Notes under the pieces: model-generated | Told to the model about the DNA's origin: nothing | Seen by the model: the letters and a program-made list of their open reading frames with translations, nothing else | Database searches by the model: none | Assembly (NCBI GenBank): GCA_963795085.1 | Contig: CAWCFX010000001.1 | Coordinates: forward strand, 1,248,001 to 1,312,000 | Origin: an uncultured Gemmatimonadales bacterium | GTDB lineage: Bacteria > Gemmatimonadota > Gemmatimonadetes > Gemmatimonadales > GWC2-71-9 | Direction of reading: 5' to 3' | Length of the DNA: 64,000 nucleotides | Made by a program: the position numbers and the translations under genes | In this document: in pieces, positions 18,779 to 27,971 of the stretch | How positions within the stretch are numbered: the first letter of the stretch is position 1 | How the letters are laid out: every line of letters begins with the position of its first letter

Positions 18779-18794
18779 GGTGATCTGGATCACA
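18779..18794. promoter_or_regulatory. CRP/FNR-family-like operator
   Basis: GGTGATCTGGATCACA differs at 2 of 16 positions from the symmetric CRP core TGTGATCTAGATCACA. It is intergenic, about 100 bp upstream of the OMP start. Confidence 0.45.
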
Positions 18795-18915
18795 CTGGGA
18801 TGTGATGCGCGCGGCACCCGGGGCGTGCGTGTGGCAGGCCGCGTACATCACTGGAACGAAATGTTTCGACCGTGCCCGGCGACCAGAATGGCGGTTTCCG
18901 GTCCGCGCCGTCTCC

Positions 18916-20238
18916 TCAATGATCCAGTGCGGCGAGCAGCACCGCGTAGCGTTCTTCGACGGCCCGGACATCTTCCTGCTCGGGAAGTCCCGCCCGGGCG
19001 CCGCGGAGAATGATGTCGGCCTGCCGGCGGAGTGCGGCCCGGTCTTCTTCCCGGTGGGTGGCGGCGGCGACCGGGACCATGGTTTCCATCAGCCGGTTGG
19101 TGACGGCGGCGCTTTCCCTGGCATACTGGCGGATCTGGGTCCAGGCGGCGTCGAGGATCTGGGGGAAGGTGACCGAGGGCGCGATGACCCGGAGCAGGCC
19201 ATCGTCGTCCACCCGGTACGGGGAAGGCGCCCTGCGCCGCGCCAGTCGGGTAAGCCCTGACCCCAGGCGGTCCACGCAGGAAACGGCGGTGAATGGGTCA
19301 TTGATGCCGGGCGAAAGCGCCCGCGCGGCGATTTCCACCAACTGGTGGACGGCAAATTCCAGGTCCTGCTTGGGGGTGCGCTGTCCGCCCAGCACGAAGG
19401 CCGCGTTCACCCGCTCGGCCACCCGGGGCGTGACCCGGTCTTCCGGCCAGACCCGCACCAGGGGGCTGCCGCGGATGACGTACTGACCGGGCCGCCGCTC
19501 GACGCGGAGGACCAGGTTGTGCTCCCGGGCCAGCCCCATAAGGCTGCTCGCGTCGATCAACTGGAGATAGCCGTCCGCGGCCGAGGGGATGCTGAGAGCC
19601 TCCCGCGCGAAGGCGGGGGGCTCCGCGGGTGCCTCGCCGGGACCAACCTCGTCCGAGGCCTCTCCGATATGCTCGGGGAACAGCCGGTCGATGCCCTCGT
19701 GCAGGTCGGTGCTGACCCTCCCGATGATCGCATCCGCCTGGATGGAAACCGCTACATGATGGATGAAATAGATGAGCACCCACAGGCTGGCCAGGGCGAA
19801 AACGACCCCGAGCGTGACGGCCAGCTGGGGCACGAAGGGGGTCTCTTCCGCGCGACGAATGGTCCGAATCACGAGCAGGCAATAGAGGAAGGTGGCAACA
19901 AAGGTTCCCAGCACGACCTGGTTGGTCGTGTCGCCCATGAAGTTCCGGAGCAGCCGCGGACCGAATTGGGAAGACGCCAGGGTCAGCGCCACCAGCGTCA
20001 GCGAAAACACGACCCCGGCGATGGTGATCATGGAACCGGCGATCGTCTGCAGGACGGCGCTGGCGCCGGCCGGCCCCCCCGTGTAGACCCACTTGAGCCC
20101 GTCCAGCCATTCCTGGCTCACCGAGTGGTCGAGCGACACCATCCCGAAGGCCAGCCCAGCGGCGGCCAGCGCCATGAGGGTCGGCAGGAACCAGAAACTG
20201 GTGCGGATATGGTCCCAGTACTTGAGCAGTCGGGTCAT
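18916..20238 (-). CDS. DUF2254 family membrane protein
   Basis: 'SFWFLP', 'LASSQFGPRLLRNF', 'LIYFIHH' and 'VEIAARALSPGINDPFTA'. Confidence 0.85.
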   Translation of the reverse strand: MTRLLKYWDHIRTSFWFLPTLMALAAAGLAFGMVSLDHSVSQEWLDGLKWVYTGGPAGASAVLQTIAGSMITIAGVVFSLTLVALTLASSQFGPRLLRNFMGDTTNQVVLGTFVATFLYCLLVIRTIRRAEETPFVPQLAVTLGVVFALASLWVLIYFIHHVAVSIQADAIIGRVSTDLHEGIDRLFPEHIGEASDEVGPGEAPAEPPAFAREALSIPSAADGYLQLIDASSLMGLAREHNLVLRVERRPGQYVIRGSPLVRVWPEDRVTPRVAERVNAAFVLGGQRTPKQDLEFAVHQLVEIAARALSPGINDPFTAVSCVDRLGSGLTRLARRRAPSPYRVDDDGLLRVIAPSVTFPQILDAAWTQIRQYARESAAVTNRLMETMVPVAAATHREEDRAALRRQADIILRGARAGLPEQEDVRAVEERYAVLLAALDH

Positions 20239-20245
20239 GGGGATT

Positions 20246-21262
20246 TCACCGTCGGGATGCTGGCCGGCCGTGATCCCGGGCGATCTCCCGATCGGTCAGG
20301 CGGAGAAACCGGGCGGCGTTGTTGTAAAAAATGTCCCGCTTCTGGTCTTCGCTCAGGAAGGGGGCCTCCTCGATGGTTTCGATGGCCACCCGGATCGCCT
20401 GCGGCCAGATCATCTGGTCGGACCCCCACATGATCCGTTTTGCGAAGCCGGCATTGATCAGGCGCTGCAACTGGCTGTAGAAATGGGCCCGGGGAAATCC
20501 CCAGTTGTTCTGCGCGATATCCACGTACACCTGGGGATGCGAGTAGAGCACGGCGATCATCTCATCCACCAGCGGCGAGCCGTAGTGCATGACATAGACG
20601 CGGAGCCGGGGATGGCGGACCAGGACTTCCTCCAGCTGGAACGGGCTGCCCAGCCGGGCCCGATACGGGGATCCGCCCAGAGTATGGGGCCCGCCGGGCG
20701 GGCCCTCGCCCAGGTGAACGCCGACCGGGATATCCAATTCTTCGGCCAGGGCGAAATAGGGGTCGAACATCAGGTCGTCGAGCAGGACCCCGTCGTACTG
20801 GGGCGAGATCTCGGCGAAGACCTGGAACCGGCCCGCCTGGTAGAGCCGGCGGTACTCGTCCGGCGCGCGCTCCCGGGCCACGTTGAAAAACAGGGCGGGA
20901 ATGATCCGTTCGGGGGACGCCGCCTGCCAGGCGCTGATCTGCTCCAGCCGGCCGGTCGTCACCGCGCGGATGTTATACCGCTCCAGCAGGGCCAGCGTTT
21001 CGCTCCGTACCGCGGCGTCGCTGGCGGCCGGCTGCAGGGGAGTGGCGCAGGAGGTAAGTGTGCTGGCCAGCGTGATCGGCTTCCGGGGATCCACCGGGGG
21101 AAACTCGATAGGCTGGTCGCTGGTGCACACGGCGAGACCTCCGCCGTAGTCGGCCAGGGTATGAGCGTGCAGGTGCACGTCAATAATGGGACGCCCGGGA
21201 CCCTGGGCCGGCAGGGCCCGGGGCAGCAGAACGAACAGGAGGGCAAGGGACAGGGGCCGCAT
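20246..21262 (-). CDS. Secreted amidohydrolase-family (Amidohydro_2) metal-dependent hydrolase
   Basis: Signal peptide, 'IIDVHLH', 'PVGVH', 'VMHYG' and 'IMWGSD'. True start is ATG 21262; the ORF-track upstream extension is spurious. Confidence 0.8.
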   Translation of the reverse strand: MRPLSLALLFVLLPRALPAQGPGRPIIDVHLHAHTLADYGGGLAVCTSDQPIEFPPVDPRKPITLASTLTSCATPLQPAASDAAVRSETLALLERYNIRAVTTGRLEQISAWQAASPERIIPALFFNVARERAPDEYRRLYQAGRFQVFAEISPQYDGVLLDDLMFDPYFALAEELDIPVGVHLGEGPPGGPHTLGGSPYRARLGSPFQLEEVLVRHPRLRVYVMHYGSPLVDEMIAVLYSHPQVYVDIAQNNWGFPRAHFYSQLQRLINAGFAKRIMWGSDQMIWPQAIRVAIETIEEAPFLSEDQKRDIFYNNAARFLRLTDREIARDHGRPASRR

Positions 21263-21396
21263 GAGGCTCCGAATGTCAAAGTTTGAAATGGCCGACGGGC
21301 GGCGAAATCTGGCCCGCGGCGGAGGTGCCATGCGACGCGGACGGGACGGTTCCGGGACCAGGCGCGTGGCGCCTGGGTCCGCCCCGTCTCCCCCGG

Positions 21397-22086
21397 TCAA
21401 GACCGCCGGAGTATCCAGAACTCCCCGGTCAATCCCACCTCGGCGAGCAATGCTTCGGTTTCTTCGACAGTGTGGCGGCGCCATTCGGGCTTGACCTTGT
21501 CCCGGTACCAGCCCCGGGCCAGCCGCCACCCCTGCTCGGGAGTGAGCAATGCGCCCCGCGAGAGGTCGCGGGCCTGGCACCAGCGGTCCACGTGCTCTTC
21601 CGACCGGAAGAGAAGCATGGTGCTTCAGGCGAACCCGATGTTCTCCCACCACTGCCGGGCCGGGACCGCGAAGTGAATGATCCCCTCGGCGTGCGCCAGT
21701 TCGCCGCCGGCGACGGCGATCCGGAGCGGGGCTCCGCAGTCGCCGCAGGGCGCCTCGATTTCCGCGTCCCGCCCCAGCGCCGCCGCGATCCCGAGGGCAT
21801 CCCAGATGCAGATGCCCCAATAGGTGATTCCCGCCGACCGGACCCGGAACCCCGAGGGAACGGCGCAGAACGGGTTGGCGGCCCAGATACCGCCGCCGTT
21901 GGGCGCCTGGATCAGCACCTTGCCCGCGGCGAGGTGCGCGATCGCCTGCCGCACCGATTCCTCCGGGTGGCCGAGTGCCGTGGCAATAGCGGCCGCCTGG
22001 GGTACCTGTCCCGTGGTGGCCGCGTGCTGAAAGAGATAGACACGGACCCCATCCGACATCGCTTCCGCCGCCGCATCGCCCGTCAT
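21397..22086 (-). CDS. MerB-like organometallic lyase; probable selenoprotein (in-frame TGA at 21625-21627 read as Sec)
   Basis: N-terminal winged-helix-like part, then 'ANPFCAVP', 'YWGICIWDALG', 'PCGDCG' and 'WWENIGFA*STMLLFRSEEH'. The two track ORFs (21625..22197 and 21397..21618) are in the same frame, giving 229 aa. The start overlaps the upstream stop (ATGA). Confidence 0.8.
21588..21624 (-). promoter_or_regulatory. Bacterial SECIS-like hairpin immediately 3' of the in-frame UGA
   Basis: mRNA reads UGA-AGCACCAUGCUU-CUCUUCC-GGUC-GGAAGAG-CACGUGG. This forms a perfect 7-bp upper stem with a GGUC loop starting after 19 nt, extendable by a bulged lower stem. Confidence 0.7.
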
Positions 22087-23573
22087 GCGATCTGCTCCGG
22101 TGAAGGGTTTTCGATGGCCCGGGCCAGGCCCCGCAACATGCCGCCGAACACCAGGTGGTGCAGAGGATAGAGCGCATACCAGTAGGCCCGCCCCCACAGT
22201 CCCACCGGGTCAAAGATGGCGGTCTGCCGGATGGTGGTCCCCGTCCCGTCCGGCGTCAACTCGAACTCCAGCCACGCCCGCCCCGGCAACTTCATCTCGG
22301 CCGCCAGCCGCAGCAGGCGGTCCGGTTCGATCGCCTCGACCCGCCAGAAATCCAGGGTGTCGCCCACGCGCAGGGTGGTGGGGGAGCGGCGGCCCCGTCG
22401 CAAGCCCGCACCGCCGGCCAGCAGGTCCAGGAACCCCCGCAGGCGCCACAGCCAGTTCCAGGCGTACCACCCGGTGGCGCCGCCGATCTGGCGGACCGGC
22501 GCGAACGCGCGGCCGGGAGGCGCGGTGACACGCACCGAACGGGAATCTACCAGCCGGGAACCGAAAGGAACGCCCCCCCACGTAGGTGGCTCCCCCGCCG
22601 AAGAGAGTGCATCGGACCAGCGCGTGGCCGCGATCTCCCGGTCCTCCCGGGCCAATGCGCGTTCGACCGCCTGGTCCACGCCCATCGGCACGATCGCCGG
22701 AAAGGTCTGCCGCGCGCCGGGATCACGGACGATGGTAGGGTGGATGATGCTCTCGATGAGCTTCCTGCCGATTCGGGCGTACACCGGCGTCACCAGCCCC
22801 AGCCACAGGCTGGAAAGAAACGGTGTCAGCACCGGCACCGGGATCATGCGGAGCCGCATCCCCCGGCGGGCCGCATACCGCCGCATGATCTCGGCGTAAG
22901 AAACCTGGTCCGCCCCGCCGATCTCGAAGACCCGGTACTGGCTGACCGGCAGCTCGAGCGCCGCGACCAGGTAGGAAAGGAGATCGTCGATCGCGATGGG
23001 CTGGGCCGACACATTGACCCAGCGCGGCGTGACCATGAGCGGCAGCCGCTCCACCAGCGCACGAATCATCTCGAAGGAAAGGCTGCCGGATCCGATCACG
23101 ATCGACGCGCGGAACTCGAGGACCGGTACCCCGGATTCCCCGAGGATCCGCCCGACCTCCTGCCGGCTGCGAAGATGAGGGGAGAGATCCTCGCCGGCCT
23201 GGCCGAGCCCGCCGAGGTAAATAATCCCGCGAACCCCGGCGGCACGGGCCGCCTGGCCGAAGTGAAGGGCCGCCGCCCGGTCGGCGGTCTCGAAGGATCC
23301 GGCCGACCCCATGGAATGGACGAGGTAGTACGCGATGTCCACGTCCTCGAAGGCGGGGGGCAGCGTGGCGGGGCTCAGTACGTCGCCGGCCACCGTCTCG
23401 GTTGCTGCACCGGTCCGGCCGCGGAGCGTGGCCGGGCGGCGGCTCAGGCAGCGGATGCGGTGGCCGGCGTGCTCCAGGAGAGGAAGGAGCCGTCCGCCGA
23501 CGTAACCGGTGGCGCCGGTGAGCAGGATCCGACGGGGCGGGGAGCCGGTCACCCGGGCGGCAGATTCAGCCAT
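22083..23573 (-). CDS. Atypical SDR/NAD(P)-binding protein with C-terminal DUF2867 (YbjT-like)
   Basis: 'ILLTGATGYVG', 'AYYLVHSM', 'HLRSRQEVG' and C-terminal 'DFWRVE...AEMKLPGRAWLEF'. Confidence 0.85.
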   Translation of the reverse strand: MAESAARVTGSPPRRILLTGATGYVGGRLLPLLEHAGHRIRCLSRRPATLRGRTGAATETVAGDVLSPATLPPAFEDVDIAYYLVHSMGSAGSFETADRAAALHFGQAARAAGVRGIIYLGGLGQAGEDLSPHLRSRQEVGRILGESGVPVLEFRASIVIGSGSLSFEMIRALVERLPLMVTPRWVNVSAQPIAIDDLLSYLVAALELPVSQYRVFEIGGADQVSYAEIMRRYAARRGMRLRMIPVPVLTPFLSSLWLGLVTPVYARIGRKLIESIIHPTIVRDPGARQTFPAIVPMGVDQAVERALAREDREIAATRWSDALSSAGEPPTWGGVPFGSRLVDSRSVRVTAPPGRAFAPVRQIGGATGWYAWNWLWRLRGFLDLLAGGAGLRRGRRSPTTLRVGDTLDFWRVEAIEPDRLLRLAAEMKLPGRAWLEFELTPDGTGTTIRQTAIFDPVGLWGRAYWYALYPLHHLVFGGMLRGLARAIENPSPEQIA

Positions 23574-23920
23574 TGCTCGGCTTCTTCCATGGTCCGGAAA
23601 ACGCCAATCTCGGTGCCTTCGAATTCAAAAAATGCCTGGAGCATCCGGCTCAGCCCGAAATGGGCATCTTCCTCGGCGATGAAGGCGCGCTTGACGCCCG
23701 GGGCAAACACCGATGTCCGGGCCAGGCCGCGGAGGGCGGCGGCCGAAAGGTCCATGGTGTCCACATTGCGGAGATCGCAGGTTTGCCGGTAGGTCGGCCG
23801 GAAGGCAGGGTCGTTGGCCAGCTCGCGGTAGTGGACGATGCTTTCTTCTTCGGTCAGCAGGCCCCAGGCCCGACTTCGCACCAGTTCGAGGGCCGGGTCG
23901 ATCTCATAACTCGAAGGCAT
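23549..23920 (-). CDS. Small hypothetical protein (STAS/SEC14-like alpha/beta pattern)
   Basis: 123 aa with 'CDLR', 'KRAFIA..D..FGLSRM' and 'VFRTMEEAEQWL'. RBS GGGAG. Confidence 0.6.
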   Translation of the reverse strand: MPSSYEIDPALELVRSRAWGLLTEEESIVHYRELANDPAFRPTYRQTCDLRNVDTMDLSAAALRGLARTSVFAPGVKRAFIAEEDAHFGLSRMLQAFFEFEGTEIGVFRTMEEAEQWLNLPPG

Positions 23921-23976
23921 GGGGCTCCCTGGTTGCTGAAAACGGTAGTGCCCCGGGACCGCCTTGTCGAGGAGGA

Positions 23977-25971
23977 TCACAGGTAGTAATCGAAATCCCT
24001 TTCGCTCTTGACCTGGCGCCGGATCCGGAACAGGTGAGCCGGCAGCACCGCCGGGTCCAGCTGCACGTAGTTGGCGGGTCCGGTCCAGAGGTAGCGGCTG
24101 CCGCCCAGTTCGTCATGCACCTGGAAGGCCTGGTCCGGTTCCAGTCCCAGCGCGGCCAGGTCGAGATGTACCCACCCCGACTGGGCATGGTGCAGGTCCA
24201 GGTTCGCGACGACGAGCACGGCGTTGGCCAGGTCGTCGCTGGTCTTGCTGTAACAGAGGAGCAGGGGGTTGTCCACGATGTGAAACTTGAGGCCGCTGTT
24301 GGTCTGCAGGGCGGGATTCTCCCGGCGGGCGCGGTTGAGCCGGGTGATGAGCGGCTTGAGGCTGTGAGCGGCGCCGAGATCCCACTCGCGCAACTGGTAC
24401 TTCTCGGAATCGAGGTATTCCTCGCTGCCCGGGCTACGCGGCTGGTGCTCGCCCAGTTCGAAGGCGGGCCCGTAGATGCCGTAGCTGGCTCCCAGGGTGG
24501 CGGCCAGGATGACTCGCAACTGAAAGGCGGGACGCCCGCCGATCTGGAGATACTCGGTCAGGATATCCGGCGTGTTTGGCCACAGGTTGGGGCGGAAGAA
24601 CTCCCGGACATCGGCGGCGCTCAGTTCGGTGAAGTAGTCCGCCAGTTCCTGGCGGGTGTTCCGCCAGGAGAAGTAGGTATAGCTCTGGGAAAACCCCAGC
24701 TTGGCCAGGCGGTACATTACCTTGGGCCGGGTAAAGGCTTCGGCCAGAAAGATGGTGTCGGGATACTCCGCCTGCACTTCCGCGATCATCCACTCCCAGA
24801 ACGCAAAGGCCTTGGTGTGGGGATTGTCGACCCGGAAAATCCGGACCCCGCGTCTGGCCCAGAAAACCACGACCTCCTTGAGGCCTTCCCAGAGTGCTTC
24901 CCAGTCCTCGCTCTCAAAATCGATCGGATAGATGTCCTGGTATTTCTTGGGGGGGTTCTCGGCGTACTGGATGGTGCCATCGGGGCGGTGCCGGAACCAG
25001 GCGGGATGTTCGGTGACCCAGGGGTGGTCGGGCGAGCACTGGTAGGCGATGTCGAGGGCGATCTCGATGCCCCGGGCCTGGGCGGCGCTCACCAGCCGGT
25101 CAAAGTCGGTCAGGGTGCCCAGGTCGGGATGGATCGCGGTATGTCCCCCTTCCGGGCCGCCGATGGCCCACGGGCTGCCGACATCCGGAGGGCCCGCCGT
25201 GAGACTGTTGTTGGGGCCCTTGCGAAAGGCGCGGCCGACCGGGTGGATAGGCGGCAGGTAGAGGACGTCGAAACCCATCCCCGCGATGTAGGCCAGCCGT
25301 CGCTCCACGTCGGCGAAGGTCCCGTGCCGGCCCGGCGTCTCCGCGGCCGAGCGGGGGAACAACTCGTACCAGGTGCTGTAGCGGGCACGGGGCCGCTCTG
25401 CCCGGACCTTCAACTCCCGGTCATACCGGGTGGCCAGGCCCCGGTCGGGCCACCCGCAGGCGGTGGCTTCCAGTACCGGGTCCAGCGCCAGCGCGGTGCG
25501 GGCTTCGAGATCCCCCCTGGTGCGCAGGGTAGCGGCCCAGCCGGTCAGGCGGGTGGCATCCCGTTTCTGGGCGCGGCCGGCGGCGGCCTCCAGCAGACGA
25601 GCGCCGATCTCGAACTCCGGCTCCAGGTCCTGATCCGGGGCCTTCACCCGCCGGGCCATGTCGCGGACCCACGTCAGGAAACGATCGGTCCACCCTTCGA
25701 CGGTGAAGAGATACTCGCCCAGGTCCTGGACCGGGAAGCTGGCGGTCCATCGGTCATTCCCGAGCGATTGCATGGGAAGCTCGGTCCAGGTCTTTCCGCC
25801 GGGGCTCCGGACTCGAAGGACGCAAGCCACCGCATCGTGGCCGTCGCCGAAGACGTCGGCCTCGACCTGGACCGATTCGCCGACGACCCGTTTGACCGGG
25901 AACCTGCCGTCGTCCACGCGGGGCTGGACGTTCTCGATAACGACCCGGTGCCGGCCGTCCGGCTGCGCCAT
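23977..25971 (-). CDS. glgE: Alpha-1,4-glucan:maltose-1-phosphate maltosyltransferase
   Basis: 'WYELFPRS', 'LYLPPIHP', 'RKGPNN', 'YAENPPKKYQDIYP', 'FRVDNPHTK', 'LAEAFT' and 'NTPDIL'. Start ATG 25971. Confidence 0.95.
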   Translation of the reverse strand: MAQPDGRHRVVIENVQPRVDDGRFPVKRVVGESVQVEADVFGDGHDAVACVLRVRSPGGKTWTELPMQSLGNDRWTASFPVQDLGEYLFTVEGWTDRFLTWVRDMARRVKAPDQDLEPEFEIGARLLEAAAGRAQKRDATRLTGWAATLRTRGDLEARTALALDPVLEATACGWPDRGLATRYDRELKVRAERPRARYSTWYELFPRSAAETPGRHGTFADVERRLAYIAGMGFDVLYLPPIHPVGRAFRKGPNNSLTAGPPDVGSPWAIGGPEGGHTAIHPDLGTLTDFDRLVSAAQARGIEIALDIAYQCSPDHPWVTEHPAWFRHRPDGTIQYAENPPKKYQDIYPIDFESEDWEALWEGLKEVVVFWARRGVRIFRVDNPHTKAFAFWEWMIAEVQAEYPDTIFLAEAFTRPKVMYRLAKLGFSQSYTYFSWRNTRQELADYFTELSAADVREFFRPNLWPNTPDILTEYLQIGGRPAFQLRVILAATLGASYGIYGPAFELGEHQPRSPGSEEYLDSEKYQLREWDLGAAHSLKPLITRLNRARRENPALQTNSGLKFHIVDNPLLLCYSKTSDDLANAVLVVANLDLHHAQSGWVHLDLAALGLEPDQAFQVHDELGGSRYLWTGPANYVQLDPAVLPAHLFRIRRQVKSERDFDYYL

Positions 25972-25988
25972 GGTCTTCCTCCCTTCGC

Positions 25989-26690
25989 TCACAGGTGTTC
26001 GATGGTCGGTTCGGGCTGTTCGCCCTGGCGTTCCGCCTGCTTCTCCCAGGTGCGGCTGACCACTTCCTTGGAGCCCAGCCCTACCGCCAGCGCCAGCGCC
26101 AGGACGATCCCGCCGAACAGGGCGCCGAAGGCCAGCAGCAGGATGGTGCCGCCGATGCTCAGGTGGTCGAGCGCCATGGCGACCGTGAGGAGCAGGACCA
26201 GCCACTTGACGCCGAGGCTCATGAGCCGGGCCGACTGCAACTGCATGTTGACCGCGCTGATGAGCACCCCGCGCGACAGGAACCGGGCCAGCACCGTCCC
26301 CATGATGAGGAGGATGATGGCCACAAAGACGTTGGGGAGATAGGTCCCCAGCCGTCCCAGCAGGGTCACCATGAGCGTGGCATCGAGCGCGGCGAGCCCC
26401 ACCATGGCGCCGAGCAGCACGATGACCCAGTACACCAGCCGGCCGACCAGCAGGGTGGGGCTGTTGCGGGGAGACCATTCGACCAGCGCCGCGGCGCCCC
26501 AGCGCTCCAGCTGGTAATCGAACCGAACCGCGCTGAGCAGCCGGACCAGGATCCAGCGGATGAGCGCACCCACCAGCATGGCCGCCAGCACCGACAGCAG
26601 CAGCGCGACCAGGCCGGGCAGCAGGCTGGCCAGGGTCGTCAAAACCCGGCTCAGGGAGTCCCGCAAGGCGTCGTCAATCTGGTTCCACAT
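25989..26690 (-). CDS. Membrane protein with mechanosensitive-channel-type TM-helix repeats (CmpX-like)
   Basis: 'LPGLVALL', 'YLPNVFVAIILL' and 'LALALAVGLG'. No MscS soluble domain is present. Confidence 0.65.
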   Translation of the reverse strand: MWNQIDDALRDSLSRVLTTLASLLPGLVALLLSVLAAMLVGALIRWILVRLLSAVRFDYQLERWGAAALVEWSPRNSPTLLVGRLVYWVIVLLGAMVGLAALDATLMVTLLGRLGTYLPNVFVAIILLIMGTVLARFLSRGVLISAVNMQLQSARLMSLGVKWLVLLLTVAMALDHLSIGGTILLLAFGALFGGIVLALALAVGLGSKEVVSRTWEKQAERQGEQPEPTIEHL

Positions 26691-26720
26691 GGCTCTTCCT
26701 CCTCCGGTGTTCGGGTCCGG

Positions 26721-27971
26721 TCAGGGATTGAAACGGTCGGGCCACCGCCACCGGGAGATCAGGTAGGGCTTCTCGGCCTCGTACTGCAGGCACAACTGTT
26801 CCAGCCGGTCTTCCAGCCGGGCCGGGTCGGCGTCTCCCAGCTCGGTATCGAGGGAGCCAAGCCATCCAAGGTACAGCGGCGCCAGGGCGCCCATCAGGTG
26901 ATCGCGGTTCATCACCCGGGTCCGGTAGGCCAGCGAAAAATCGAAAACGATGCGCGCCCACAGGCGGTCCGGCATGGCGAACCCGCCTTCCGGCATCTGG
27001 GCCAGCTTCTTGAGCTCGACCAGGGTGCCGGGAGAGTGAACCAGGCCCCACACTTCCCGCAGGTTCTGCTGGCCCAGCCGGTAGGCATCGAGGAGCCGCT
27101 TGCGATCGATGGGGGCCGGCTCGAGCTGGGCGCGGTCCACGGCGCCGGCCAGGGGGACCGGGGTGGACCCCCGGATCTTCTGCCAGACGCTGGTGGATTG
27201 CTCCATCTCACCGAAGACCTGGGAGAGAACTTCCAGCAGCACCGCGCTCAATCCGGCCGCCGTGTCGCCGGCGACGACGGTGCGGGGCCCGAGGGCCACC
27301 TGGGTCAGGTGCATGCCGCCGGCCACGGCGTCCACGTGCAGCTGGAGTTCGACCGACTGGTGGGCCGGCGGAGACCGGCGGGGATCCCGGCGGAGATGGC
27401 GATCGATGAGCCGGGACGACACGGCAAATTCGGCTCCCATCGGATAGCGCACCCGCTTGCCGAACAGGCAGCGCACCAGCGGATACACGATGCCCGAGGT
27501 GATGGCGCCACTGAAAGGATGCCGCAGATAGTACGGCGCCACGAAGTCCTGCTCACCGTCCGCCACCGGCGCCAGCAGGCGGCCGATCCATTCCGGCGTC
27601 AGGCTGGCCACTTCGGCGCCGATGATCGCCGCACCGCGGGCGCCCACCCGCTGGCTGGCCTGAAGAATGAGCCGGACCGCTTCCGCGTGGGGCAGGGAAA
27701 CGCCGGCGGTGCCGGGGGCCCGGTACGTGAGGTCCAGCACCGGGGCCCCGCCTTCGCCGTTGACCGGCTCGCCGTGGGTGCCGCCGGCGTGGGCGTGCAG
27801 CACCACCGCGCTTATCCCGGGAAACCGCTGCGCCAGCCCGGCCCGTGCCGCCGCCACCGCGTCCCGGGTATCGTCCAGCCGGTCGTGTGCGGCGATGCCC
27901 ACCACCAGGTCGGCATGACCCAGGGCGTTCAGGTTGGTATCGACCTCGGGGGCCAGTGTGAACTCCGCCAT
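26721..27971 (-). CDS. Glucosylglycerate-synthase-like GT-A protein with degenerate catalytic motifs
   Basis: Family scaffold 'ADLVVGI', 'LTPEWI..LL.PV', 'DFVAPYYLRH', 'LWARIVFDF', 'LAPLYLG' and 'EAEKPYL..RW' is present. The DxD position reads GAE. Confidence 0.6.
   Translation of the reverse strand: MAEFTLAPEVDTNLNALGHADLVVGIAAHDRLDDTRDAVAAARAGLAQRFPGISAVVLHAHAGGTHGEPVNGEGGAPVLDLTYRAPGTAGVSLPHAEAVRLILQASQRVGARGAAIIGAEVASLTPEWIGRLLAPVADGEQDFVAPYYLRHPFSGAITSGIVYPLVRCLFGKRVRYPMGAEFAVSSRLIDRHLRRDPRRSPPAHQSVELQLHVDAVAGGMHLTQVALGPRTVVAGDTAAGLSAVLLEVLSQVFGEMEQSTSVWQKIRGSTPVPLAGAVDRAQLEPAPIDRKRLLDAYRLGQQNLREVWGLVHSPGTLVELKKLAQMPEGGFAMPDRLWARIVFDFSLAYRTRVMNRDHLMGALAPLYLGWLGSLDTELGDADPARLEDRLEQLCLQYEAEKPYLISRWRWPDRFNP

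Noticed and set aside
21397..22086. Mercury-resistance (mer) operon or simple nonsense pseudogene
   Set aside because: There is no merA/R/T/P nearby. The stop is UGA at an inferred Cys position with a SECIS-like hairpin and an intact downstream frame, which favours Sec recoding.
20246..22213. 655-aa ORF-track protein suggesting a long N-terminal fusion on the amidohydrolase
   Set aside because: The upstream part is Arg/Gly/Pro-rich shadow translation overlapping the MerB-like gene in another frame. A signal peptide starts at 21262.
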